Below, one piece after another: positions 22,400-34,479 of a stretch of DNA of 64,000 bases (within the stretch, counting starts at the first letter, position 1; the number at the start of each line of letters is the position of its first letter). Origin of the DNA: Sminthopsis crassicaudata (lineage: Eukaryota). The DNA is taken from contig NC_133618.1 in the NCBI RefSeq assembly GCF_048593235.1, forward strand, positions 48,022,478 to 48,086,477, given 5' to 3'. Position numbers and translations under genes: made by a program. Below the pieces are notes generated by a model that saw nothing but the letters and a program-made list of their open reading frames with translations, did no database searches and was not told the DNA's origin.

Positions 22400-24500
22400 C
22401 TTACACCTCCGCGAGCCTTCCAAGGGTTGGCAGTGCCCTCTGCGGGGCCAGCTTTGTGTCCCTGGGTTGGGGGCTGTGTTTGTGGCACGACCCTCCTCGG
22501 TCTGGGCCTTGAGGTCTCCCGCGGGTCTGAGCTCTGGGCCGCGGGCGGGATGGGCAGGCCCGAGGCCAGCTTCTACCGCCTGGGAGCCAGCTCGGGCCTC
22601 CGTGGCCCGGTGTTGCCCCTGGCGTCCCAGGGAGACTGTGGCAGCGGGAGGGAGGTGGGCAGAGGAGGGAAGGGCCGGACGGCCCCGGCTCCGTCGCTGC
22701 CACAGGGAACACTCGTGGTTAGAACTGGGAAGAGTCCGGGGCTGTTGTCCCCGCCCAGGCTCTCAGAAGGGCTCGCGGCAAAGCGGGGCCAGGCTGGGAC
22801 GGGAGCCCAGACCTGGTCTCAGTGCGAGTCTTCGGTGCCCCGACGCCTGGGGAGGAAACGTCGCTTCCCCAAGAGCGAGGCGCCTCGGGCAGAGCGCGCG
22901 ATTTTCCCGGCGCTCTCGGGCCGCTGCCGGACCGAGGGGAGCCCCCCCCCCCACTTGAGTCGTGAGTTTTGGATCACAGAACTTCCAAACCCTCTGACTC
23001 CAGAGCGCAGCGGCGCCGTGAGCCCGCGAGCCGGGGGGCACGACCCTCTCCTCCTGCACAGGAGGAAACTGTCCCGGAGGACAGGGCTTGGCTACTGCCA
23101 CACAGCTACCCCGACCTCCGGAGCCCGAATCTGATGAGGTGAAGAATCGAAGCGCTCCTGATCCCCGGTGCGGGCCCTCCCCTTTTCACCAGCGCCCCTC
23201 ACCCACACCCCTCCCTTCTCTGGAGAAACCCCTCATCTCCTTCGGTCCGGCGAGGACACAGTTAAACTTCCAAATTGGGCGGGGACGGGGGGGCGGAACC
23301 CCAAACCCCGCCCCACATGCGTCAGCCCTCGTGTCTGACCAATGGGGGGGCGAGACCCCCGCGAAGCCGGAAGGGCCCTGTGGGTCCATTGGGCTCCGGG
23401 CTGTGCGGCGGGCGTTGGAGGCGACTCCTGGAACCTGGACAGGTAAAGACGCCTCCCCGGCTTCCCGCCTCCCCTTCCCTTTCCCGTCCTCACCCCAGGC
23501 TGCCATCTGGGGGCGGCCTGAGCCCGGGTCTCCGGGGGAGCACATCTGGCTTGGCTTGGCAGTCTGGGGTGGGGAGGAGTGCTGCGCTGGGGAGGGGGTC
23601 CTGGAGGAGGCCGGGGGGGGGAACTTCGCACCTAACCCCCCACCTCCCCCACCCCCAGGATGGGCGCCAGCTCCCTGTCGGAGGATTACCGTCTGTGCTT
23701 GGAGCGGGAGCGGCGGAGGGGCGGCTCGGGCGTCTGTGCAGACCCCACTCTGCGGGCCGTGCTCTGGCAGATCCTCGTGGAGGACTTCGACCTCCACGGG
23801 CTGCTCCAGGACGACGCCCTGGCCCTCTTCACCGATGGGCTGTGGGGCCGAGGCGATCTGGCCCCTGCCCTGCGCAACCTGGCGCGGGCGTTCGAGCTGC
23901 TGGAGCTGGCCGCCGTCCACCTCTACCTCTTTCCCTGGAGGAAGGAGTTCACCACCATCAAGGTAGAAGCGGGCGGGATGTCCCAGCTCTGCGTGGCCGA
24001 GGGCCCGGGATCTGCCGGGAGCTCCTGGGGCTGGGCCCGAGTGGTGTGCGGCTACGGGATGGGGGCGGGGAGCGGGGAGAAGCACGACACGCGGGGGGAG
24101 GGGGGGAGAAGGGGGAAGGGGCCCTGCCTGCCCTTTCTGGGGCTTCCGAACTTCTCCGCCCGGCCGCCAGCGCCCAGGAAGGTGCCCGCGCTCCCCAAGC
24201 CTCCTTTCCCCCCGGCGCCTCTCAGGCACCGGCAGCTTTGTTGGAGCGGGACTAAGTAGCTTTGCAGGGTAGCGGAACGTGGGCAGGCTTTGGGGTCAGG
24301 TTCAAGTCCCTTTCCGTGCCTCGGTGTCCCCACGTGTAAAACGCCCATGTGGGACCCGAGCGACTCCTCCAATCCTGCGAGCAGATGGGTGACCCCCGAA
24401 GTCACGCAGCATGAGGACGGATTAGGGGGCGGGCCCGGGTCCCGAGCGGGTGAACATCCTGCACCTGCCCTCATTTCACCCTCTCGCCTCCTGTTTATTC
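22400..24500. promoter_or_regulatory. CpG island / SPATA2L promoter, with likely non-coding exon 1 ending at donor 23443 (GGACAG|gtaaag)
   Basis: Visibly CpG-dense, with GC boxes and a CCAAT box (gaccaatgg at ~23338). A strong donor lies upstream of the acceptor (ccccag) at 23657-23658, just before the ATG. Confidence 0.75.
23660..23962 (+). CDS. SPATA2L: Spermatogenesis-associated protein 2-like, first coding exon (PUB domain)
   Basis: MGASSLSEDYRLCLERE...LELAAVHLYLFPWRKEFTTIK, donor AAG|gtag; matches the human SPATA2L N-terminus. Confidence 0.96.
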
Positions 24501-25223
24501 CGTGCCCAGAAGCAATAGGGAGCAGGGAACTGTCATGTCAGTCAGAGTGCCAGCCGAGCAGCTGGAAAAAGATCGCCCCAGCAACTTTGTGAATTCTGAG
24601 TGATGTCACCTTGGGCAGCGTGGGAGAGTAACACCTCCACTCCGTTACTGTGGCAACCCCAGCCTCCCCAGGAACACGGGGCGCAACTCCGAAAACCAGG
24701 TTGCTCGGCAGCGCCACCTGCTGGCCTGCTGAGCCTCGAGAGGGCCACGGACCCCTTTGCAGTGTGGTGGAGCCTGGGGACCCCCTTCAGAGCAATCTTC
24801 CTAGTTGTGTCACCCTGGGCAAGTCACTTAATTCTATTTCTCAAAAAAAAAAATTCCAAAACAATCTTTTTAAATAATGGGAGGAAAAGCTCTTTAAGTT
24901 AGATTAGTGAAAATAAAGATAAATTTATTTTCTCCAACCTAGATCACGGATCCAATGAATTCTACTTAAGAACCCCTTAATTAAGATTCCAGATTAAGAA
25001 CCTCTGACCTATAGAAGTAAGTAGGAGATCGGGGTTCGAATGTAACCCCAGGGAAGGCAGCCTGACTGATTCCCCATCTGTAATAACACTTGACTCCCAA
25101 CTTCACAGCAGTACTGAGAGGAAATCCTTTGGGACTCAATAGAAATCGGTTATTAACAGACGGGGAGAAAGGGCGACAGACTGAGCACCCCTAAGTCGGT
25201 AACGTGGTTCTTCTTGGTTCCAG

Positions 25224-26228
25224 ACATTTTCGGGGGGCTACGTCCACTTCCTGAAGGGCGTGCTCTCGGAGGACCTCATCACCAAGTGCTTCCAGAAGAT
25301 GGGCTACACGAGGAAGGACCAGCACCACTTGGTCGTGGCCACGCCACCGCCGGGCTACGAGCTCATTCAGGTGGCTCTAGGCTGCTTTGCTCTGAGGTTG
25401 GAGTGCGAGATCCTCGGGGAGATCCTGACCAAGCTGGGGACCAGCCTGCTGTCTGCCGAGGAGCTGATCGAGGAGCGAAGAGCCAGTGGGGATGTGGACA
25501 CGTGCGTGGACCGGCTGAGGCGGCGGCTGGCTGGAACCGGAACGCCGCCCACCAGACCTCTGCTTAGTTACCCCGCTGGCATTGATTTGTACAGTGACAT
25601 GCTGGAAGAAGGGCCCGAGGATGGTTCTTTGTATGGTGAGCCCCTTACTGGGCCAGAGTCGCCCTCTCCAGAGTTAGCCTACCAACCCCCCATCTGGGAA
25701 CAGAGTGCCAAACTGTGGGGCACCAGCCAGATGGCCTCCAGCGCCAGGGAGCTTCGGGACAACGGGAGCAGCTGGGAGTCTCCAAGCGTGGAGGAGCCGG
25801 TGGAGGAGAGCCTGTCCTATGAAGCTTTTGAGGAACCCACGGAAGAGAGAACCACCTTCTCCTTCATCGCCCTGCGGAGGGAGCTGACCACAGAAGTTGC
25901 CGGGGGCAAGAGCCCCATCCGTTCCCCTCGGCACCTCAGGGCCACCGGGCACCTTGAGGCCGCTGAAGGGGCCCCTGCTTCTCCCTCTGCCTCTGGTGGG
26001 GAGCCCCAACGCTACCAGCTTCACGGTTGCCTGCCAGTAGGCACTCTGCCCGCTTACTGCTGCGATACGTGCTGCCAGCTCCATGCCAGCCACTGCCAGG
26101 CCCTCTATAACTGCCGCCTGGATCACACACTGCATGAGCTGCTGAGCGAGAAGCAGCGACGTCTCTGGCTGCAGAGGACCCAGCTGGACTCCCTGCTTTA
26201 TGAGAGTCCCCCTAGAGCCAGGCCCTAG
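25224..26228 (+). CDS. SPATA2L: SPATA2L last coding exon (total 435 aa)
   Basis: Acceptor ttcttggttccag. TFSGGYVHFLKGVLSEDLI...CCDTCCQLHASHC...RRLWLQRTQLDSLLYESPPRARP*. Confidence 0.96.
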   Translation, partial: TFSGGYVHFLKGVLSEDLITKCFQKMGYTRKDQHHLVVATPPPGYELIQVALGCFALRLECEILGEILTKLGTSLLSAEELIEERRASGDVDTCVDRLRRRLAGTGTPPTRPLLSYPAGIDLYSDMLEEGPEDGSLYGEPLTGPESPSPELAYQPPIWEQSAKLWGTSQMASSARELRDNGSSWESPSVEEPVEESLSYEAFEEPTEERTTFSFIALRRELTTEVAGGKSPIRSPRHLRATGHLEAAEGAPASPSASGGEPQRYQLHGCLPVGTLPAYCCDTCCQLHASHCQALYNCRLDHTLHELLSEKQRRLWLQRTQLDSLLYESPPRARP

Positions 26229-26882
26229 GTTGAGGTGGGCCAAGGGTGAATTCCCCCAATTACATGGCTTTCTCCCCCCTGGCTTCTCTCCCGGTTGATA
26301 GAGAGGGCAGGAGCCCTCTAGCTCAGAGGAGGGCCTGTAATCCTGATCCCCTGACCTGTCCCCTCAGCCCCTCCTCTAAATCAATGGCCAGAGGTAGCGT
26401 TACGTGGGGCTGGGAGTTTGGGAGATCTAGTTCCCTTTGCCACCGACTAATTGTACAAGCTTTAAGTCACTCACTGTCCCCATTTGTCACTGAGGAAACA
26501 AGTCCTGGGGGACCAACAAGCTCATGATAGAGCTGAAAACACTTTGAAAAAGCTTCAAGTGTCACAATAGTGTCAGCCGGAATTTCTCTTTAAGGGAATT
26601 TCTGTCTTGAAAATGGAGGGTAAAGTAAGTGAGACGATGAGAAAGCCAGCTGGGTTATAAAGGCAGCCCCTGTCCCTACCACCTTCACCACCTAGTGTGA
26701 GCCTTTCTGCCAGCGAGGGCCCACGGAATGGCAGCGTGGGCACTTCGTGAGCAAGGGCCGGCCCACCCCTTTGCACCACCCACACATCCCTGTCCCCCAG
26801 GACCCTTCTGTCCTGCAGGGCTGTGATCAGGGAGGAAGGGCCTGGGTGCGAGGGGGTCTGTCCTGTATGGGTGGCTGTCTGT

Positions 26883-26888
26883 ATTAAA
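26883..26888 (+). terminator. Candidate SPATA2L poly(A) signal ATTAAA
   Basis: ATTAAA followed by GT-rich gtgtgtgaggtgattcagtgttcgtg, about 655 nt after the stop. Confidence 0.55.
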
Positions 26889-27530
26889 GTGTGTGAGGTG
26901 ATTCAGTGTTCGTGGAGGACCTTGCCTGTTCTTGGTTAGTTCTTCAGGCGTTCAGTTCCAAAGCCGGCTGCCCCAGGGTTCCAACCCTGCATCATCTCCC
27001 CTCTCCCCCTTGAAACATGTTGTGTGAAATACCCAGGACAACCGGCCTACCTGGGCCTTCCCCTAAGCTGGCTCAACACATTTGATCCGGCTCTCTTCCT
27101 TTTCTAGACCCTTCCATCCTCTCAGGTATGGCCAACTTGGAGAGAAGGGTAGGTGGACGATCTTTGTCCTCTCCCTGTTATGTCCCCCTTAGGATCAAAG
27201 GGTAAAGTATGAGCAACTGGAAGTTTCCCTCTTTGCTGGGTATCAAGATATGGTGCACCACGTAAATGGAAGCCGTTCCGGAGGGCCTGGGCACTTAACT
27301 TAAGCCTTCCCAAGGCAGGGTTGGAAGGGAGAATGTGGCTCATCCTCCCAGAGACTTGGCTGGCCAGAACAGACTACCACAGCCGCCAGCAACTTGCTTG
27401 CAATAGCTTTTTCCTAGCCACTTACCCTGAACCCAGTTTTCCCATTACATTGATTGAGTAAATGTTCCTTTTGGTTTCTTCCAGTGAATTTGGCCTGCAA
27501 CCAGTGTTTTAAAAAAAAAAAAAATCTTGT

Positions 27531-27536
27531 TTTATT
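27531..27536 (-). terminator. Candidate CDK10 poly(A) signal AATAAA
   Basis: Nearest AATAAA/ATTAAA I found on - after the CDK10 stop; a U-rich tract follows downstream on -. Confidence 0.45.
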
Positions 27537-30513
27537 GATAAATTTGCATTAAAAGCAGGGTGTGGGAGGTAAGAAAATGGGGAATTTTACAGGTAAGAGT
27601 CAGCAAAAAGGGGACATTACCAAGAAAGTTTACAGGGTGGCTTGCTGAAAAAAGATCCAATTTAGAAACTGTCTCTTCCAAGTGGCCATGAGAAATGTAT
27701 TTGCAAAAACACCTCCCCGGTTAAGGCCAGCCTCCCACTACACCAAGAAAAAAAGTCATCTGTGAAGGAGCAGATTTGGGGACTGGGTGAGCCATCCTCA
27801 CAAATGTACTTTTTAAAATACTTGAGTGAATGCCTTCACTTACTATCAATAGTCTTTTCTGAGAAAGGGCGGCCCCCGGGAACTGCTGGATCCTGGGGCA
27901 GAGGTGGGAGGGAGAGCAAAGAACACTTATTTTTCCGCTCTCTGCAGAGAAATGCTGAGGGTTAATCACAAGCCTGGGAGGTGAAGCCTCCCATGCTTCC
28001 CGCTTGGGCAGTGAGAAGAATACTAGAAAGCATGGAAGAACCCCAGTGACCTAAGGGAGAGTTCTGTCCAGAGGCGAGTCCTCATCCAGAGCACTTACTG
28101 TCAGGCCTTAACACTGGTGTACCAATGGTGGTCCTTCCCTCTCTCCCCAGGAAGGGGGAGGGATGATTTCCAGAATGGATCCAAAGCCAATACTGGGCCT
28201 GGATGGGGGATGGAACAGCCCGCTTCCCTCCTCCCTGGATGACCTCGGTAAAGCAGGCCCGAGCTCCTCAGGGAGCAGCAGGAGCTGGAGGTGGATGGAG
28301 TGGGAAGTGGGACTGAGGAGCCTGGCTCACCACCCACAAGGCTTCCCCTTTTAAATCAGGAGGCGCAAGGACAGGAAGACCCCAAAGCCATGAAAAGGGA
28401 AGCGCGATGCCTGAAAGCTGGGGCCCCGCTCTGCAGCTACCCCGGCTAGTCACCAGTGCCTCGGCCTTTGGTCTCCGCAGTGAGGGCTGAGTTTACATGA
28501 CTTCAGGTCATGGGGCTCAGCACAAAATAGGCGCTGAATACATTGCTGAGAAGTTTGTTCCAACCCTAAAATCCCATGACCCTAAAGGGAGAAAGTGGAG
28601 GGGACTCGATCCTTACCCCCTGCAGAATCCTTTAAAAGGTGGGGGCTGGCTAGGGGAGTGATGCTTGGAGTTGGGGGGGGAGAGGAGGATTTCCCTCCAG
28701 GCCCTGCCTTGTGAGCAAGGGGTATCACAGGATGGTCTCCGGCCCTCCTCTCTCCCTGGACATCCCATTTTAGACTCTGGGCAGAGTGCCTTCATTGAAA
28801 GACAAAAGCCAAATGGCAGTTTTTTCCCCTTTCTCCTCCTTTGCACCCTGGTGTTTCCTGCCCCTTCCCCTCGACTCCCACTTTCCCCGCTATTCTCCCA
28901 AACAAAACATTTCACAAAGCCAAATGCCAGGAGTAGCATTCAAAGATAAAATTTCAAAACGTTTTTCAAAAGCAGCATTTGAACAACCTGGTCTGCCCAG
29001 TGCCCTCATCCAGAGGGTATAATTTTGGCTCCTCTGGGACGGGAGGCTGTCTCTAGCCACCATCAGTCCCCAGGTCACATTTGTGAAAGTCCGGCAAGGT
29101 CCTCCACATGGGGTTATGAAGGAAGTATTCACACAAGGAGACAACCAGGTCCCTGTTCCCTTAAGCTCTTCGCAAACATCAGGACCTCCAGCACCATCCC
29201 TTCCCTTGAAGCGCTCTCAGCAACAGGGCCGATCCAACCTGTCCCCGTCCTTATGGTTTTTTCTCTGGCCCATCGGGCAGCTGAATCAGGGGGGACCTGT
29301 GCTAGAGGACAGAACCCCACTGGTCTTCATCTCCAGGGAAGAAGGGAGCAGGTCAGAGCGAGACAGAGCCTGGAGCGTGGAACTCTCCAGCCATCCTTCC
29401 TTCCCTCCCCAAACCTTGTGTCTGTCTTCCAGGCGGGGAAAACCTCTCTCCTCTCCAGTCCCATAATCCCGCAGGTGGAGAGCCGGGGCAGAAGGCCAGA
29501 GGAAGTATGGGAGGTGTCCGTGGAGGTACCTGAGCGGCCCGAAGCACTGCGGCTGTCTCAGTGGGACAGCGGCCGGCCCCTCTCACCAGTCTTCGCCCAA
29601 CTGTGCATGCCTCAGTCTCCCTGATCTGCCTGAAAAATGGGGGCGATTGTTACTGAGTGAGAAGCTAAGGAGGGCAAAGGATAGAGGAAGCCATACAACA
29701 ATGGCCTGCCCCAGGGCCACAACTGAGAGCATGACCTGCAGGAGAGGGAGAATGAGGGGGACATCCAGAGCCAGCCCTTCGATCCAAACGTCACGGCCCA
29801 GGACCCCGCAGAAGCCCCTGGGAGTGCCCAGCTAATGTGGACATCTCAGGAGCCCATAGCAGAAGCTGACCCATTCCAGGGGCTGCTGATGGCCCCCAAC
29901 TGCAGGCCAGCCACACTGGCTCCAGTGCCTGGCAGCTCTATTCGTGTCTGAGACCATGCTGGTGTGACGGCAGAGGCTGTGAGAGCTCCGATGTCATCAG
30001 TGTGGGCACAGACCGGGTGGTCCCACTGCCCTTCAGCAGAAAGTCTTCCCCAGTTAACATGACTGACAATGCTTGGCAATGGCTGGCCGGCCCAGCTCTC
30101 AGACTGCTGTCCGGTCCAGTCTGGCTTTTGGGGACTGGCTGTAGGGATCTAGGATTTCGATTCAGAATTTCAAACCTGGGCTGAGATGGGCTTCAGGGAG
30201 AGGAACAAAATCTGACCTGTCCCCTGATGGGAGAGAGGTAGAAAGGACCCTCCTAAAGAAGGATGGAGAGACCTTAACCCTGTGACCTCTTAGTGGATGC
30301 AGCATGTTTCTGGTCAATCCGGGGTTTGGGGCAAGGGACCCAGAAGCCAAAGATGAAGCATGGTGTTTTAAAGCCACAAGTTGGCGTCTGCCTGGGCCTG
30401 TGGTTCTGGAAGGGGATGGAGCCTGGCACCGACTCTGGTTGTCCCAAGCTAGCCCAGCTCACCGCCTCCCTGGGCTGCCTCCCCCCCACGTAGGACAAGG
30501 GCCCCTTACCGCC

Positions 30514-30623
30514 TCAGGGCTTGCTGCGCTTGCTCTGGCTCTCGGCCCCCGTGTTGGCGGCACTTGTGGCAGCCCGCTTGTTCCGATGGTGAGGGAAGGT
30601 GGGCATAAGCTCCGGCTCACAAG
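30514..30623 (-). CDS. CDK10: Cyclin-dependent kinase 10, exon 13 (last)
   Basis: (P)[35 protein letters not shown]; acceptor ttcccacag. Confidence 0.97.
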
Positions 30624-30774
30624 CTGTGGGAAGAGACGAGCGCTTTCACCTGCACCCTGCCTCCCAAACCCCAGGGACTCCCACCCTAAGACCTGGCCTT
30701 CCTGGGCCTCACAGAACTCCATCTTGACTCATGGCTTGTTCCCATCCCCCACGGCCTTAGATGAGAACACTCAC

Positions 30775-30827
30775 GCAGCGGCTTTTCTTTGAAGTAGGAG
30801 CTTTCCAAGCAGTCCCCAGCAGTGGCC
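30775..30827 (-). CDS. CDK10: CDK10 exon 12
   Basis: (R)ATAGDCLESSYFKEKPL(P); AG/GT flanks. Confidence 0.97.
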
Positions 30828-31336
30828 CTGAAGAGAACCCACCAGCTTGTCAAGGAGAAGCAGTGCCATTGCAAGTAGGAGAAACCTATGTTACGTGCCT
30901 ACTGTGTGCAGGGACCCATACTGGGCCCCACCATGGTTCCTGCCCCCACGTGGCCAACAAGAAGGACCTCAGCCCATTTCCTCACAACAGGAAAACAAGG
31001 AATGAGGGGCTGCTGACAACAAAAATGGGGCCATTAGGGCTCTGCAGGCACATAAAGAGCCGCAGGAGGCCCAAGAACCAAGGAAGGTGCCCGCCGGCCC
31101 AAACCTTCCAGGGGTAGCTTGGCCCAGATGTGCTGCTTAGGGGCTGAGGGCTACGAGAACACTTATTGGGAGAACAAAATGGGGGCAAGTGCACTTTTGT
31201 ACACAAGGCCCTGCCCTTCCCACGGGGTGGAGGCCTGCGCTCTCCCCCAGATTCTGACGGGAACAGATCCCCAGGGCTCATCTCTCAGGGGAGACCACCT
31301 GCCGGCCTGCTTCCCTCGCCCCGCCACCGCTGGTCA

Positions 31337-31504
<168 letters not shown>

Positions 31505-31566
31505 TCAGGGAGTGAGGAGAGGCCCGGGAGCCCCAGGGATCGGGCACCGGGCCCCAAGGCACTCAC

Positions 31567-31690
31567 CGGCCAGATGTTCTCGTTGGGCGTCCCAAGCAGC
31601 TGCACGATCAGGTCAATCTGGTGGATCTCAGAGCTGCCCGGGAGGAGGGGCTTATGAGCCAACAACTCAGCCAAGATGCAGCCCACGGCC
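31567..31690 (-). CDS. CDK10: CDK10 exon 10
   Basis: (W)[41 protein letters not shown]. Confidence 0.97.
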
Positions 31691-31919
31691 CTTGGGGAAA
31701 AGAGGGGCAGTAAGCAGGCGGGCCCTGTGCGCCCCAATGTGCCCAGGGCACGAGGGCGCCATTTCTGGAGTTTCTCAGCACCCACCCCGTGGGGAAAGGA
31801 GTGGGAGAGCCCGGCCTCAACTTCAGAATCGTCAGGGGGAAGGAAGGGGCGTCGGCCTCTCATCCTACCCTCACCTGAGCAGGAATCCTCTGCCTCTCTG
31901 TTCCCTCCCCTAACCACAA

Positions 31920-33560
31920 TCTGTTGTCATTCCTCCTCTCTGCCTTGCTGACTCCAGCCTCAGAGGCTCCCTGGTCATCTCCTGGGCACTGCCTACATTC
32001 GTCTCCCTTTCCATCCAAACACTGTGAACCAGTCCAACCCTACAACCCTGCCCCGTTCCCGCGTCCCCTGTGCCCTACATCGCCAATCCTGCCCAGCCTC
32101 TTCAGTTCTGGATCGGTCCCACCATCTGCTGCCTTTACTCCTGCTCACATTCTGAACAAAGCTGGAGGAAGTCACACAACGTGCTGCCTGGGGGTGGGGG
32201 GAGGGGGAGGGCACTGCAAATCTGTTCAATGATCCCAACTCATTGCAAACAGGATTGTCACACCTCCCTGACTCGCCCACCAGTGTCTTCATCCTTCTTC
32301 AAGCCTTCCATAGCTCCCTTCCCCCCTTCTTCTCATCTAAGAATTGTGTTTCATATTTCACTGAAAACTTCAGGGCCATTTATCCAGAGCTCGCTCTTCT
32401 CCCTGCCCGATCCCTCAGCCTCCTTCTGCCCCTGCCTCCGTCTCATGGGAAGATGGCGGCCTCTTCCCTCCCTCTACACCTGACGTGTTCCTGGGGTCCT
32501 TCAGGGGCCTGCTCTTCCATCTTCTCCGCGTTTACTGGCTGCTTCCCCTGCTGCCTGGAGACATCCTCAAAATCTCCTCTAGAGCACACAGCAATTAAGT
32601 CTCTGTGGCCACATGTGAGCTCAAGACCTCCCGACTCCAGGGATGGTACTCCATCCACGGCCCCTTCTCCTACTGGACATCTTTTTTTTTTCCCCCTGGG
32701 GCTGGGGTTAAGTGACTTGCCCAGGGTCACACAGCTAGGAAGTGTTCAGTGTCTGAGACCAGATTTGAACTCGAGTCCTCCTGACTTCAGGGCTGGTGCT
32801 CTATCCACTGCGCCACCTAGCTGCCCCTCCTACTGGATATCTTCAGCTGGATGCCCCAGTTCTCAAACTGAACTCGGCTCTCCAGCAAGCCCCCCTTTTT
32901 CTCTCCCCACGAGGCCCTCACCAGCCTCCTTGCCTCTCAATTTGTGGTCTGGCCACTTTACCTTGCCAGCCTCTATCACGTGAGCCCTCTTCTCTACATT
33001 GTTACCGCTGCTGCTGTCCCTCATCACCCCAAATCTGGACGACAGCAGTAGCTTCTAGGGTCCCTAAGGAGGGGGACACCCCTTTCTCCCATTCACTTGT
33101 CCAAGTGAACTATGTACTCCCCCTTCAACAAACCCTACTGACTCTTAATCCACTCCAGAATCAAAGAGAAAATCCTTTCAAAAAAATTTCAAGCCCTTCT
33201 TTAACAGGCCTCTCTGGAGGCTGTGCTTCAGGGCTGCTGGCTCCCCATCTCCCTTCTCTGGCGCTCCCATGTGTCTCATACCTACAATCTCTCTGTCACC
33301 TTTGACTTCCTTCAGACCCGGCTGAGCTCTTGCCTCCTACAAAAGCCCTTCCGGACTCCCATTAATTTGAGGGCCTTCCTTCTGAAATTATCTCCAATTT
33401 TTTGACCTTGTTAGTCCACAGTTATTTCCATGTTGTCTCCCTTTTAGAACGTGGGTTCCCTGTAGACGGGCCCCAATTTTTGCCTTTCTTGGGGTGCTGA
33501 GTGCCTGGCCTAGTGCCTGGCATGGAGTGGGGGTTTAATAAAGCTTGTTGACTAAGTGAC
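31920..33560 (+). mobile_element. L2 LINE remnant in CDK10 intron 9
   Basis: L2 internal motif (ccctcatcaccccaaatctggacgacagcagtagc) and L2 3' end (gtgcctggcctagtgcctggca...ttaataaagcttgttgact). Interrupted by a WSINE1. Confidence 0.7.
32682..32826 (-). mobile_element. WSINE1-type SINE with target-site duplication
   Basis: Full head-to-tail copy flanked by ctcctactggacatct / ctcctactggatatct. Confidence 0.92.
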
Positions 33561-34374
33561 TGCTGGAAGATCTCTGAAGAGGGAAAACTTGCTACCCCCT
33601 CCAGAGGCAGTCCGCTCCATTCTGAGATGTCTTTGACCTTACATCCCAAGCTCAACTTTTCCTTCCTGTAAAAACAAAGCTCTTTTGGGGCCACCCAGTG
33701 GCCAAGGAAGCACCATTTTCCCTCCAAATGGGTTAAAATCATTTTGGTCTTTTTCTAGCTTTTTACTCACTGCTCTATTAATGCCTAAAATAGTCTCTGC
33801 TCTCGAGAGGCATCCATTCTACCGGAGGGGCCCACCCATACAGAGAGAGATCACCTCAAAGACATCCACACATTCTCAATGTCTCCAAAGTAAAGCTTCA
33901 AACTGCGCCGAGGCTTCTGGGATACCCCGCATATTAAATGGATTAATTTGGAAGTGGAGAACATTAACTGAAGGAATCAGGATGGGCTTCTTGTAGGAGG
34001 TGGATGTGAGCTAAAGAGGCTGGGGTCCAAATGCCAAAGGTGAGGAGGGGACGCCTTCCAGGCAGGAGGCTCCCAGCCTAGTAAAGGCCTGGAGCGTGGA
34101 GGGCTGGGCCCCAGCCAGAGCAAAGGTGTTTTCTAGAAGCATCTCCGGCATATTCCCTTCCTCCTTCTCAACACTGAGACAAGATCCTGCCATTTTTTGC
34201 CCACATTTTCATCCTGAAGTCTTATCTCTCTGGATCGTACCCCAACACAGCATGCACAGGATGACTTCTTAAATCCCTGTAAAGTGGGGGGGGGGAAGGG
34301 CCAGCTCCTCCCCCAGCCAGGCCTTGACAATTCTCTCCCACTCCAAGACCCCGGGGAAGGGGGCTATCACTTAC

Positions 34375-34434
34375 CACATGTCAATGCTGGTGGTCTGGGT
34401 TGCTGTTCCCAAGAGGAGTTCAGGAGCTCGGTAC
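34375..34434 (-). CDS. CDK10: CDK10 exon 9
   Basis: (W)YRAPELLLGTATQTTSIDM(W); acceptor ttgtgcag, donor gtaagt. Confidence 0.97.
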
Positions 34435-34479
34435 CTGCACAAGATGGGAATCGCACTCACTCAGGTCACTTCTTGGTTG

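Noticed and set aside
22163-24259. Several 290-350-aa ORFs on both strands (22163-23134, 23088-23966, 23186-24229, 23275-24255)
   Set aside because: Pro/Gly/Arg-rich with no recognisable domain. This is the expected stop-poor by-product of the SPATA2L CpG island and of alternative frames of its exon.
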